DNA of 64,000 bases, taken from the NCBI GenBank assembly GCA_016186695.1, contig JACPLC010000005.1, forward strand, positions 852-64,851, read 5' to 3'. The DNA comes from Candidatus Kaiserbacteria bacterium (lineage in GTDB: Bacteria > Patescibacteriota > Minisyncoccia > Phycocordibacterales > UBA2100). Position numbers and translations under genes: made by a program. Under the pieces are notes generated by a model. That model was not told the DNA's origin. It worked only from the letters and a program-made list of their open reading frames with translations, and searched no databases. Below, one piece after another: positions 10,160 through 20,241 of this stretch (within the stretch, counting starts at the first letter, position 1; each line of letters starts with the position of its first letter).

Positions 10160-10453
10160 TTAAGAATTAGAGAATTCTCTAATGAACCCAACGAACGTTC
10201 TGCCGTACGGAGTTAAGCTATGCTCGATCGTCGTGCCTGCATGCCGCTTCTCGACAAGACCCGCAATGACCAAGCGCCGCACGTGCTCGGAAATTGTCTT
10301 CATGTTGCCTCTTACAGCTTCAACGACTTCACCAAGAGAAATACCGGGCTTCGCGGCGACGAGCAATAGGATCTGAATCCGCCGGTGATTTGCAACACCC
10401 TTGAAATGCCTTTCCAGTTTGCGCGGTCCCTTTGTTTTCTTCTCCTCACCCAT
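10160..10453 (-). CDS. ArsR/winged-HTH transcriptional regulator (start taken at MGEEKK)
   Basis: FKGVANHRRIQIL...TISEHVRRLVIAGLV. Confidence 0.85.
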   Translation of the reverse strand: MGEEKKTKGPRKLERHFKGVANHRRIQILLLVAAKPGISLGEVVEAVRGNMKTISEHVRRLVIAGLVEKRHAGTTIEHSLTPYGRTFVGFIREFSNS

Positions 10454-10460
10454 ACTCTCA

Positions 10461-10490
10461 CATACTCTCATATTCTTAAGAATATGAGAG
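10461..10490. promoter_or_regulatory. perfect palindrome upstream of the ArsR gene, with a related copy at the gene end (10145-10172)
   Basis: CTCTCATATTCTTAAGAATATGAGAG. Confidence 0.6.
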
Positions 10491-10521
10491 TTCTCCCTGT
10501 GAACAACTGGTCTTGGCTTGA

Positions 10522-11835
10522 CTATTTCTTGAGAAGCCACTCGGGCTCTTGGCGGACGAGAAGCTCAACTGCTTTTTCGGGCTCGGCCATCAGCTCTTCC
10601 ACCGTGCGCTCCATGCGCATAGATTGTGAGCCTTTCACGAGAACAATATCGCCCTCGCGCACTTCGTTGCGAAGCTCCTGTCCTACGCGGCGTGCTTCGG
10701 TATGCTCATACTCGCGGATATTTGCCTCCGGCATCCTCGCGTCGAGCGCCGCCTCACCGATAGCGCGCGAGCGGAAGCCGACCGTAAGAAGCATGTCAGC
10801 GCATGCCGCGGCGCGCATGCCCACGGAGCGATGCGCCTCCGACGCATATCTTCCGAGCTCGAGCATGTCGCCAAGTACGGCAATCCTTCGTCCGCCAGAT
10901 GGCGGAGCTTTTACCTCCTTCAGCGTTTCGAGGGCGGAGAGCGCCGCCGCCGGAGAGGAGTTGTAGGTGTCGTCGATGATAGTCGAGCCGTTCACGCCTT
11001 TGATAACGCGCATTCTCCCCGGCGGCGGCGTCCATGCAGCAAGCGCGCGAGTGACACTGGAACTCTCTACTCCTGCAACCTCTGCAACAGCAAACGCTGC
11101 AAGCGCCGCGTACGTACGCGCCCTTCCAAGCGCCCCGATGATCGAGACCGGAATAGCGAGACCGCTGTGCACAAGGCGAAAGCGTGTGCCGATAGCTTTT
11201 CCCTTTTCATATAGAATACCCTGATGCGACGCGGAGAATCGGTTCTGCTTTCCGAATCCAAACGTTGTCACATTTTTGAATTCTTTGCACAGCTCAACCA
11301 TGCGAGCGTCATCACCGTTGAGAATTAACATTCCCCCCTCTTTCACATGCTCCGCAAGTGCGCGCTTCTCATGCGCAAGCTCATCCGGCGAGCGGAAAAA
11401 TTCCACGTGCACCGGAATATCCGGAACACCTGTGATGACCGCAATGTCGGGGCGAAGCCACTTGGCGATACGCCGGATATCATCGGGACGGTCGGCTCCC
11501 ACTTCAACGACAAGCCATGCAGGATACGGCACCCTTCGTATCACGAGTGCAAAACCTTGCACGAGATTGAATGCCCAAAGGAATGGATTTCTCCACGCGT
11601 TCTCCAAGCCGAGGATCGTGAGCGGCACGCCGATGTCGCTGTTGAAACTCTTCTCGCTTTTCCGCACATGCAAAGTGCTTGAGAGCGTTGCGTAAATCGC
11701 GTCTTTAGTCGTTGTCTTTCCCACACTTCCTGTCACTGCTATCACCTTCGGCTTGTAGCGGGAGAGCACGAGTCTCGCCTCCCACGTGAGCAGGAAAACT
11801 ATCGATTTCTTGAAAAAATCGTACATGGTTTTCAC
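10522..11835 (-). CDS. murF: UDP-MurNAc-tripeptide:D-Ala-D-Ala ligase
   Basis: TGSVGKTTTK, DDTYNSSP, LGDMLELG, VKGSQ. Confidence 0.95.
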   Translation of the reverse strand: MKTMYDFFKKSIVFLLTWEARLVLSRYKPKVIAVTGSVGKTTTKDAIYATLSSTLHVRKSEKSFNSDIGVPLTILGLENAWRNPFLWAFNLVQGFALVIRRVPYPAWLVVEVGADRPDDIRRIAKWLRPDIAVITGVPDIPVHVEFFRSPDELAHEKRALAEHVKEGGMLILNGDDARMVELCKEFKNVTTFGFGKQNRFSASHQGILYEKGKAIGTRFRLVHSGLAIPVSIIGALGRARTYAALAAFAVAEVAGVESSSVTRALAAWTPPPGRMRVIKGVNGSTIIDDTYNSSPAAALSALETLKEVKAPPSGGRRIAVLGDMLELGRYASEAHRSVGMRAAACADMLLTVGFRSRAIGEAALDARMPEANIREYEHTEARRVGQELRNEVREGDIVLVKGSQSMRMERTVEELMAEPEKAVELLVRQEPEWLLKK

Positions 11836-12006
11836 TTCATTGTACTAGATAGTGGACATTACCCACTGCGGATATAGACCCAGTCGGTATCCGCAGTGTG
11901 CGAAAGGGGTCGGGAAAACTGTAGTTTTCCTGTGTCGGAGAGCAGCGAAGCGTTGAGAACCGAGGGTTCTCAAAAGGTGATGCGCTTAGGCCAGCGCCAA
12001 AGTGCA

Positions 12007-13728
12007 TCACCTGTCTGGTGGGATATCGTAATAGTTTATCAAGTATTTCGCGATATTGAGAAACGGACGCGCGAGTGTCGCAGAGGCAAACTGCGCACCA
12101 TGCGGCTCGACCGCCACAAGAAACACGATGAATTTCGGATCATGCGCCGGAAAGTAGCCGAAGAATGAGTGGAGGAAACGATCCTCATAATACCCGCCGC
12201 CGCGCGGAAGGGCGATCTGCGCGGTGCCCGTTTTCGCGGCAATCGAATAGTGCTCCTGTTTCAAGACGCCGCCGAGAAGCGCCGTGTCAAAGACCTTTAC
12301 GAGCATGCTGCTCACGGTTTGTACAGTCTCCGGTTTCAATACGCGCGGACCTTTCGCGGGTGTAACGCTCCGGACAATCCCGCTTTCCAATCGAATATCG
12401 GTAACAAGATGCGGCGAGGGGAGGACACCCTCGTTGGCTAGTGCGGCGAGTGCACGAATCATCTCGACGCCCGTCTGTGCAATTCCCTGCCCGAAGGAGG
12501 CCGATGCGTAATCAACGTCGTAGCCGCGGTCGATGCTTCTCACCAACCCCGTCGCCTCGTTCGGCAAGTCGATCCCCGTTTTTTCCCCGAGTCCGAATGC
12601 ATGAATGTATTCGCCAAATACATTGTGCCCGATGCGCCCCTCAATAAACGACGCGCCGAGGTTCAGCGATTGGTTCAATACCTGCTGCATGTCGACGACA
12701 CCGCGCGCTTTGCCATCGTAGTTGCAGATTTTCTTTCCGCTCTTTTCAATGCATCCGCGATCCTCATAGGTGGTTTCCGGTGTGATGACGCCTACGTCTA
12801 TGCCGGTCGCAACGGAGAGCGGCTTCATGATCGAGCCCATTTCGTAAACGTTTTCTACGAGCAGATTCCCAAACACGGATATATCGGCCGTGTTGTAGGT
12901 GTTTGGATCAAAGGCCGGCCGCGCGGCAATCGCTACAATCTCCCCCGTACGCGGATCCATCACGATTCCCGCGGCGGAGCGCGGAGAGTAGGTATCCATG
13001 ACACCATTCAGCGTCTCTTCCAGCCTTGATTGCACCTGCGGCTCGATAGAGGTAATGATGCTTCCATACCCTTCCGCCGGATCGTCCGAAATCGCAGCGC
13101 CGATGTTGGTGAAGATCTCTGCGAACGGATTAACGTAGAGACCGGAACCCGACTTTACAAGCGTCTTTTCGTACCAGCGTTCGAGTCCATAGACACCGAG
13201 CCTGCGGTCGCCCTGATAGCCGACAAAACCCACCGCATGCGCCGCAAGTAGCGCGGCAGGATAGTAGCGCCACTGATCCTGTACGAGCAGTACACCGGGG
13301 ATTTTTTGCGCGCGAATCGCTTCCGCGACTTCATCTGGGATGCGAAACCCTACCTCTTCGTACGGATCATCGGTCTTTGCAACGCTCGCGAAAAACCGCT
13401 CACGATCCACGTTTGCAGACGAAAGTTTTTCAAAAACCGCTTCGGCATCCGTAATCTCCTTCGGTGCGATGGCAAGCCGCCACCCTCCCTGCATCAGGGC
13501 CGCGGCCACGAGATCACCGTCCTTTTCCTTGAAAAATATCGTCCCGCGATCTTCTGTGTCCCGCACATCGGCGACATATTGCCCGAGTGCGCTTTTGCGG
13601 TACTGCTCACCATGTATGACCTGCACGAAATAAAGACGCGCTGCCAAAAGTACTGCCGCCAAAATAAAAATCGCGGAGAGAATCCTCGCGCGACCGACGA
13701 ATCCTGTAGCGCCCAATCTAAATCTCAT
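12007..13728 (-). CDS. ftsI: class B penicillin-binding protein FtsI
   Basis: GSIMK (SxxK), SLN (SxN), KTGTAQ; dcw position. Confidence 0.9.
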   Translation of the reverse strand: MRFRLGATGFVGRARILSAIFILAAVLLAARLYFVQVIHGEQYRKSALGQYVADVRDTEDRGTIFFKEKDGDLVAAALMQGGWRLAIAPKEITDAEAVFEKLSSANVDRERFFASVAKTDDPYEEVGFRIPDEVAEAIRAQKIPGVLLVQDQWRYYPAALLAAHAVGFVGYQGDRRLGVYGLERWYEKTLVKSGSGLYVNPFAEIFTNIGAAISDDPAEGYGSIITSIEPQVQSRLEETLNGVMDTYSPRSAAGIVMDPRTGEIVAIAARPAFDPNTYNTADISVFGNLLVENVYEMGSIMKPLSVATGIDVGVITPETTYEDRGCIEKSGKKICNYDGKARGVVDMQQVLNQSLNLGASFIEGRIGHNVFGEYIHAFGLGEKTGIDLPNEATGLVRSIDRGYDVDYASASFGQGIAQTGVEMIRALAALANEGVLPSPHLVTDIRLESGIVRSVTPAKGPRVLKPETVQTVSSMLVKVFDTALLGGVLKQEHYSIAAKTGTAQIALPRGGGYYEDRFLHSFFGYFPAHDPKFIVFLVAVEPHGAQFASATLARPFLNIAKYLINYYDIPPDR

Positions 13729-14119
13729 TGCGTGCTACGTCGGAGAGGGCTGCATTCCCAGGGCGATGCACGTAGATGGTTTTTGAAACCGGAGAAAGAC
13801 CCAAACGCGTTCCGTCCTCGGGCCCGACCCTCTGCGATATGGCAAAATATTCGCGTTCGAGTTTGGAAACGGCAGTAGCAAGGTTGACCGAATCCGCGAG
13901 GGCCTCTTTCCGCGCGATCACATTTAGGATCGTCGCGCCGACAAAATATGCGTACGCGCATGCGAGAACGACAACGGCGCTGATTAGCAAGCGGAGAAAC
14001 AAGCGCTCCGCAGGATGTTCGGCTGTAAGCGAGAAACCCGGGCGCCTGCCGTGGAAATCAAGCTTCCCCTGAAAAATCGAGGGGGCGTATTTGCTTATTT
14101 TTTGTATGCGGGCTCTCAT
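13718..14119 (-). CDS. FtsL-like bitopic membrane protein
   Basis: Single TM plus coiled coil between rsmH and ftsI. Confidence 0.65.
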   Translation of the reverse strand: MRARIQKISKYAPSIFQGKLDFHGRRPGFSLTAEHPAERLFLRLLISAVVVLACAYAYFVGATILNVIARKEALADSVNLATAVSKLEREYFAISQRVGPEDGTRLGLSPVSKTIYVHRPGNAALSDVARNEI

Positions 14120-15080
14120 GTGAAATTGAAATTTTCTCTATGACACGAAGTTTTGCACTGCGCGCGCGAGGATTTTCCTGCTCTTCCTGACGGCTCGGGA
14201 TAATGGGCTTCTTTGAAAGCAGCTTGCCCTCGCTATTCTTTTCCCACTGCGCGAACATACGCTTCACGAGCCTGTCCTCCACACTGTGGAACGATATGAC
14301 CGCTATCCGTCCGCGAGGCTTGAGAAGCTGCCACGCCGCCTGCAAACCTTCCGTGAGCGCGGCAAGCTCATCGTTCACGGCAATGCGAAGCGCCTGAAAG
14401 GTGCGCGTTGCCGGATGAATCCTGCCATGCCGGTACCGTGCGGGAGTTGCCGCAGCGATAGTTTCGGCGAGATCGCGGGATGTCTCGAACGGTTTTTTCT
14501 TTCTCCGCTCGACGAGCGCTTTTGCAATCCGCCGCGAGTATCTCTCGCCGCCGAATCCGTAGAAAATATCAGCGAGCGACTCCTCTCCCCACGTGTTTAC
14601 GATGGTCGCGGCAGTTAGTTCTCCTTCGTCGCCGCTTCCATACGTCATGAGGAGCGGCTCATCGGCTTTGAACGAAAATCCTCTTCCGGAGTCGAGCTGG
14701 TAGGAGCTCCACCCTAGATCGAAGAGAGTCTTCGTTATCGAGACGACGCCGAGCTTTGCAAGCTCATTCACCATATTCCTGAAGTTGCCGTGAAGGAGAC
14801 TGACTCTTGCGTGAGCGCCCGAAAGGCGCATCTCCGCACGCGCTATCGCATCCCTATCCGCGTCTAAGCCTATGAAGAGGCCGTTTCCCCCGAGCCCCTT
14901 CGAGAGCTCCTTCGCATGACCGGCACCACCAAGCGTTGCATCAACGAGAATATCGTCCGGCTGTATATCGAGTGCACGAACTACTTCGTGTAAAAGAACG
15001 GGTTGGTGCGTTGGCCTGCCCCGAGCTTTGTCGAGGGGTGACGGCACCGGGTTGCTGGAGGAAAAATGTCGCGTGCGCAT
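14058..15080 (-). CDS. rsmH: 16S rRNA m4C1402 methyltransferase
   Basis: HQPVLL, DATLGGAGH, FDLGWSS, FQALRIAVNDE, NPRARSAKLR. Confidence 0.97.
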   Translation of the reverse strand: MRTRHFSSSNPVPSPLDKARGRPTHQPVLLHEVVRALDIQPDDILVDATLGGAGHAKELSKGLGGNGLFIGLDADRDAIARAEMRLSGAHARVSLLHGNFRNMVNELAKLGVVSITKTLFDLGWSSYQLDSGRGFSFKADEPLLMTYGSGDEGELTAATIVNTWGEESLADIFYGFGGERYSRRIAKALVERRKKKPFETSRDLAETIAAATPARYRHGRIHPATRTFQALRIAVNDELAALTEGLQAAWQLLKPRGRIAVISFHSVEDRLVKRMFAQWEKNSEGKLLSKKPIIPSRQEEQENPRARSAKLRVIEKISISHESPHTKNKQIRPLDFSGEA

Positions 15081-15141
15081 ATTTTTTTGATCCTCCAGCT
15101 ACCTCGTGCAATCACTGATAGCTTTGAATGAATGATAGAGA

Positions 15142-15585
15142 TTAGAGAGCGCCAATCTCACCGAGTTTTCTAGCCATCTGCTCTGCATTCCTGTCGATGC
15201 CGCGTTTGTAGCTTCCCCAGCGCTCTGCATCCCAGATTTCGACGCGGTCAGATACTCCTGCGAATACGACCCGCTTCTTGAGTCCGGCAAAATCTTTTTG
15301 GTGCTCGGGAATAAGAATGCGTCCTGCCGCATCCACCTCAATTTCCGCGGCACCCGAGAGCATAAATCGGCTGAACCCCCGCGTTTCTGCCTGCACGAGC
15401 GAAAGCCCCTGGAGCCGTTTTGCGAGTGTCTCCCATGCGCTCCGTGAATATACAAAGAGACAATTGTCGAGTCCTCTCGTGATAACGACGCGTTTCCCGA
15501 GCGCGGAGCGAAATGCTTTCGGAAGCGAAATACGCTTCTTCTCGTCGAGGTTGTGTAGATATTCGCCGATCAACAGATTGGCCAT
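15142..15585 (-). CDS. mraZ: division/cell wall cluster repressor MraZ
   Basis: GEYLHNLDEKKRISLP, DAAGRILIP, VEIWD. Confidence 0.96.
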   Translation of the reverse strand: MANLLIGEYLHNLDEKKRISLPKAFRSALGKRVVITRGLDNCLFVYSRSAWETLAKRLQGLSLVQAETRGFSRFMLSGAAEIEVDAAGRILIPEHQKDFAGLKKRVVFAGVSDRVEIWDAERWGSYKRGIDRNAEQMARKLGEIGAL

Positions 15586-15588
15586 GTT

Positions 15589-15625
15589 TCCCACTCTATC
15601 CCACTGCGGTAGAGTATATACCACT
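15589..15625 (-). promoter_or_regulatory. putative MraZ-binding boxes
   Basis: Repeated GTGG(G) motifs (GTGGGATAGAGTGGGA) just upstream of mraZ. Confidence 0.6.
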
Positions 15626-15713
15626 ATACCCTACCGCAAGGGACTTATCCACACGGCGGTCCTGCGAAAGACTATTCTAGAAATCGTCAAGAAAATGTGT
15701 TATAAAGCAACAA

Positions 15714-17303
15714 ATGCTCCGGATTTTTAAAAAAGCAGATACGGAGACACTCAACGAAATAGCGGAGGAGATGCGCGTGCGGAAAGCGACGAAATTCGTG
15801 ATGCTTTTCTCGATGGGCTCGCAGTTCGACCATCTCATCGTCCAGCGATTGGCAAAACTCGGGGTTTTTGCAGTTGTCGCAGACCCGGCCAGTGTGAAAG
15901 CCGAGGATGTAAAGAAAGCGGCGCCAGCGGGCATCATTCTTTCGGGAGGCCCAGTATCTGTCGCGTACGATGAACCACCGCCGTTCGACGATACGATATT
16001 CAATCTCGGCATCCCGACGCTCGGCGTATGCCTCGGATTTCAGATGTGGGCCAAGCATCTCGGCGCACCGGTGCGACTGCAGGAAAAGCGCGAGTTCGGT
16101 GTCCATACGTTCACACTGAAAGGAGAAGACCCTCTCTTTGCAAGAGTTGCGAAAGAAACGAAAGTCCTTGAAACGCATGGCGATTCTGTTGAAGAAAGTA
16201 CTGCGCTTACAAGCCTCGGCTCGACCGACAACACACCGGTCGCGGCTGGACGAAAGGGTCACCTATGGGGTGTGCAATTCCACCCGGAAGTTACCGATAC
16301 GGAAGCGGGCACACAAATATACGAGAACTTCATGCAGATCTGCGGCATCACCGACCGCTTCCCTGCGCACAATGTGGCGGAGCAAAAGATAGCTGAACTG
16401 AAAAAACTTGTGGGTAGTAAAAAAGTGCTCATCGCGCTCTCCGGAGGCTCCGATTCTTCGGTCGTCGCATATCTTCTCAGGAACACCGGAGCACAACTCA
16501 AAGGCGTATACATTCGGGGCATCGACAGACCCGACGACGAAGCATATGTGAAAAAGTATTTTGGAAGCGCGGATTGGATCGAACTTGAGGTTGCAGACGC
16601 GACGAAAGAATTTCTGAAAGCTCTCAAAGGTAAAACGACGATGCGCGAAAAACGCCTCGCGATGCGCGGTGTGTACAAAGACGTTCTTGAAAAAGAGATC
16701 GAAAAATTCGGCGCAGACTTCATCGCACAAGGCACGCTCTACACAGACCTGCGGGAAAGTGGCCATGGCCATGCGACGGGCGCGGTCGTCGCGGAGATAA
16801 AAGTGCATCACAACGTGAAGCTCGGCTTTTCCGTACCCGAGATCGGGCCGCTTGAGACGGAAGTAAAAGACTCGGCGCGAAGCATCGGCCGCGATATCGG
16901 CGTGCCGGAGGATTTGCTCGTCCGTCACCCATTCCCCGGCCCGGGTCTTGTCGTCCGCATCGAGGGCGAAGTTAACGCCGAAAAGCTCAAAACAGCACGT
17001 GCCGTGGATGGAATCTACATCGAAGAGCTTCGAAAAGCCGGTCTCTATGAGACGGTGTGGCAGGCGGGAGCCGTAGTTACTGCATCTGTGCATACCGAAT
17101 CGAAAGGTGATGGGGCCGGTCTCGGGCACGTCGTTGCGCTCTGGGCTATTTGGAGCGTGAACGGCTTTACCGCACGCTTCGCCCAGCTTCCCTACGAATT
17201 TCTCGACCGCGTCTCGAGACGCATCACGAACGAAGTCCGCGAAGTCGGTGCTGTGGTGTATCGCATCTCCGACAAACCTCCCGCCACTATCGAGTGGGGT
17301 TGA
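15714..17303 (+). CDS. guaA: GMP synthase (glutamine-hydrolysing)
   Basis: GVCLG, QFHPEV, SGGSDS, QGTLYTD, RHPFPGPGL, KPPATIEW. Confidence 0.97.
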   Translation: MLRIFKKADTETLNEIAEEMRVRKATKFVMLFSMGSQFDHLIVQRLAKLGVFAVVADPASVKAEDVKKAAPAGIILSGGPVSVAYDEPPPFDDTIFNLGIPTLGVCLGFQMWAKHLGAPVRLQEKREFGVHTFTLKGEDPLFARVAKETKVLETHGDSVEESTALTSLGSTDNTPVAAGRKGHLWGVQFHPEVTDTEAGTQIYENFMQICGITDRFPAHNVAEQKIAELKKLVGSKKVLIALSGGSDSSVVAYLLRNTGAQLKGVYIRGIDRPDDEAYVKKYFGSADWIELEVADATKEFLKALKGKTTMREKRLAMRGVYKDVLEKEIEKFGADFIAQGTLYTDLRESGHGHATGAVVAEIKVHHNVKLGFSVPEIGPLETEVKDSARSIGRDIGVPEDLLVRHPFPGPGLVVRIEGEVNAEKLKTARAVDGIYIEELRKAGLYETVWQAGAVVTASVHTESKGDGAGLGHVVALWAIWSVNGFTARFAQLPYEFLDRVSRRITNEVREVGAVVYRISDKPPATIEWG

Positions 17304-17307
17304 TGAC

Positions 17308-18207
17308 ATGAGCAAGCTTACGTGGACGTTTCTCCTCGTCGGCTCGATGGCTGCTATTGCAGCTTTTTATCCGATGGTAAAAATTCTTCATGGCGCAATA
17401 GACCCATACCTCCTTGCGTTCTTCCGCTTCGCGATTGCGTTGCTCGCCCTGTTACCGATCATGGCGGTCCGACATTCGCTCAAACCGCCGCCCATTCGGG
17501 AATGGCCGATCTTCGTCTTTATCGGGCTGTGCGGAGCAACAGCCTCCGTGCTCGTCATCATCGGCATCGGACAGACGAACAGTGTTGTAAGCGCCATCCT
17601 TCTCAACACCAATCCCCTCCTCGTAGCACTCCTCGCGCCCTTCCTCATCACGGAGCAACTTACCCCAACGAAGATCGCTGCGCTTGTCGTTGGCTTTGTG
17701 GGCGTCGTTCTGGTAGTGCTCAACGGACAAAATCTTTCCGCGCTTGTCAGCTCAGAATATTTCTGGGGAGCTGTCATCGTACTCGTCGCAGCCCTCTTTT
17801 CGGGACTCAACAAGATCTATTCAAAGAGACCTGTGAGAACATACGACGGTCTCTACGTGACGTTCTTTGGTGTCGCCTTGGGGACAGTGATGCTTGGAAC
17901 GGTTGTTGCGATATCCGGCATCTTTGCGGAACCAGTGGAACTGACATTGAGGGAGTGGATATTCGTTGTAGCAATCGGCGTATTCTCTTCGGCCATTCCG
18001 TGGACAATATGGAACAGCAGTCTCAAACATCTTGATGTTCACGTGGCGGCATCATTTATGCTTCTCATACCGGTCTTCGCGACACTGTACTCGCTCATCT
18101 TTCTGACAGAGAGCATCACTCCTTGGATGGTCGTCGGAATGATTTTGACAAGCGTCGGCATCTACTTCGTCCAACGTGAAGAGTCTGTATCTGCAACTTC
18201 GGTCTGA
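17308..18207 (+). CDS. DMT/EamA family transporter
   Basis: About 10 TM helices in two EamA-like repeats; start taken at MSKLTW. Confidence 0.9.
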   Translation: MSKLTWTFLLVGSMAAIAAFYPMVKILHGAIDPYLLAFFRFAIALLALLPIMAVRHSLKPPPIREWPIFVFIGLCGATASVLVIIGIGQTNSVVSAILLNTNPLLVALLAPFLITEQLTPTKIAALVVGFVGVVLVVLNGQNLSALVSSEYFWGAVIVLVAALFSGLNKIYSKRPVRTYDGLYVTFFGVALGTVMLGTVVAISGIFAEPVELTLREWIFVVAIGVFSSAIPWTIWNSSLKHLDVHVAASFMLLIPVFATLYSLIFLTESITPWMVVGMILTSVGIYFVQREESVSATSV

Positions 18208-18216
18208 CGCGTGTAC

Positions 18217-19083
18217 TTACGGAACCACCTTTGAGATCGCACCGGTCGTTTTATCAACCCGCCAACTCTCTATCGGAATCTTGACCAACGTCCCCCCGTT
18301 CGCGCCGCCAACATACATGCGCACCTTCCACAACACTCCCGAATCTTCTGCCTCCAAGATGTATACCGCTCCCTGCTCCAGTGCTGCATCCCGATAGAGT
18401 GCAAAATCGGGAAGACGCTCGACAAAACCCTTCGCCTCGTCCGCCGTTATGAGCGTAGAGCCATATCCACGTTTAAGTATTTGTTGCGTCCAGTCACTCC
18501 GAACGCTTAGAAGCGCGGCGTCGACGACAGGACCGAGTTTCTCGACGAACGCCGCGAGAACCTCGGTTCGAAACGTTACCTTACTGCCGGCAGGATCTAA
18601 AACGCCAATCTCCCTAAACGCGTACTGACCGGAGCCGTTGTCGAAGAATCCCGTGGCAACGTAGCCGTTGTACTCGGCGCCGACTTCAGGCGTGATCCAG
18701 CCAAAAAAATTGAGACGGTAGTTCTTGTCTCGGGTAAACCCAAGTTCGATCTCTCGTGCAACGGCGGCACGTCCTCCCCTCTCCTGAAGGCGCGGTTCCT
18801 GATGAACAGAAACTGCGATCGTGGCACGGCCGTTCGGTTCGCGTATCAGTTCGGATTCGTAGGAGCTATCGCGACGCACATCGCCAACAATCCAATCCGC
18901 CGGATAGCGCACGGTATAACCCGAATGCGAGATAAAGAGACGTTCGGAAGGAAGCGGCACCATCGACAATCCGACAGCGATCGCGACGAGGGCGAGAAGA
19001 GCGAGAGAGATCGTGCCAACAAACCGCAGGTTTTCGCTGCTCATGCTCCGAACTAAGGCAATAATCTTTTGAACAATGCTCAT
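18217..19083 (-). CDS. membrane-anchored hypothetical protein
   Basis: N-terminal TM, GYTVRYPADW (PsbP-like) motif, C-terminal WRVDKTTG. Confidence 0.65.
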   Translation of the reverse strand: MSIVQKIIALVRSMSSENLRFVGTISLALLALVAIAVGLSMVPLPSERLFISHSGYTVRYPADWIVGDVRRDSSYESELIREPNGRATIAVSVHQEPRLQERGGRAAVAREIELGFTRDKNYRLNFFGWITPEVGAEYNGYVATGFFDNGSGQYAFREIGVLDPAGSKVTFRTEVLAAFVEKLGPVVDAALLSVRSDWTQQILKRGYGSTLITADEAKGFVERLPDFALYRDAALEQGAVYILEAEDSGVLWKVRMYVGGANGGTLVKIPIESWRVDKTTGAISKVVP

Positions 19084-19308
19084 TGTGGTCTACGCTTGAA
19101 ATAGCTCGAACCTGCCGCGCGCGAAGCGCGCGGCGGGAATCCCCGCGAGAAAATGCAGGGCGCGGCGCCTGCCCGTCCGTAGCCTTTGGCGAAGGAGGGA
19201 AGCCGCACCAATGACAATATCAAATTTTTCTTTGCTTCGCACTTCGTAGCTTTAGCGAAGAATGTGGCGGACTAGATTCGAGCGCGAAGCGCACAATTTT
19301 GTTCTTTA

Positions 19309-19347
19309 AAAAAAGCAGCTCGCCAGGTCTGGGGACGTGGCGAGCCG
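19309..19347 (-). terminator. intrinsic terminator
   Basis: GCTCGCCA...TGGCGAGC hairpin followed by a T-run on the minus strand, downstream of 19374-19937. Confidence 0.6.
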
Positions 19348-19373
19348 ATGCGAAACGGAGAAGCCGAACGCGC

Positions 19374-19937
19374 TTACTTCTTCTTTTTCTTCGCCGACGG
19401 CAACTTGACGTCGAACGCTTGCGCGAGCGCGACAATGGCCTTGCCCATGCGATTCTTCTTCGTCAGAGGCTTGAGATAGCCGGGGTCTTGCATCTTGCCG
19501 GCGGCGATCTTGGCGGCCATGTCCTTGTGCTGGCGGAGGAACTCGCGGACGATGAGCTGAATCGCCTCCTTCTCGGAGCCGTCGCAGCACGATGCGAGCC
19601 GCTTGCACATCGCCAGATAGTCCTTGAACGAGCTATCGTGATAGCCAACGAAGTCCGGGTCAGTCCGCTTCCCGTTGTGTCCGGCGTCGGCGGCGAAGGC
19701 CGTGAGATTGGCGATGGCCGCGTCGAGGTATTTGGGATGCTTGTGGTGAAGCCGGAATCCCATCGGGTGAGCGAAGCCGCGGAGGTCATACTGCGTCATG
19801 ACGATGGCGCGGTCGATGTTGGCGGTCAGGTACGGTTTGTCCGCGTCCTTTTCCGCGATTGTCGGCGCGAGCCGAATGTGCCGAACGGCCATGAGGGAAT
19901 CCTCCCCTGTTGCGCAAGAAAATTGCCCGTCGGACAA
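19374..19937 (-). CDS. hypothetical basic protein (start may be 19892)
   Basis: Strong GC3 codon bias, Lys-rich tail, own terminator. Confidence 0.7.
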   Translation of the reverse strand: MSDGQFSCATGEDSLMAVRHIRLAPTIAEKDADKPYLTANIDRAIVMTQYDLRGFAHPMGFRLHHKHPKYLDAAIANLTAFAADAGHNGKRTDPDFVGYHDSSFKDYLAMCKRLASCCDGSEKEAIQLIVREFLRQHKDMAAKIAAGKMQDPGYLKPLTKKNRMGKAIVALAQAFDVKLPSAKKKKK

Positions 19938-20136
19938 TTCAATCCTGCAAGATCATGCCGACATGTTTATACAACAAAGTAAGGTTGAGCGCAAGCCCGC
20001 GTTCAAAAAATTAGTAATCGAATTTTCTCTCTTGTATGCGTAAAAATTTTCTTTTCCCGAATTCAAAATGCAGTTCGAGCCGATTTGTTCCCGGGCTCCT
20101 TCGCGGTTTTCATTCTAACACCATTCTAAAACCTTG

Positions 20137-20209
20137 TGGACCCGAGGGGTTACGATCCCCTTGCCTCGTGCATGCCATGCACGCGCTCTACCAATTGAGC
20201 TACGGGCCC
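20137..20209 (-). tRNA. tRNA-Ala(GGC)
   Basis: GGGCCCGTAGCTCAATTGGTAGAGC; anticodon GGC; atypical T-loop ATCGTAA. Confidence 0.9.
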
Positions 20210-20241
20210 TGAACGAGCTATCCTATCAAAATTTTTCTTCC

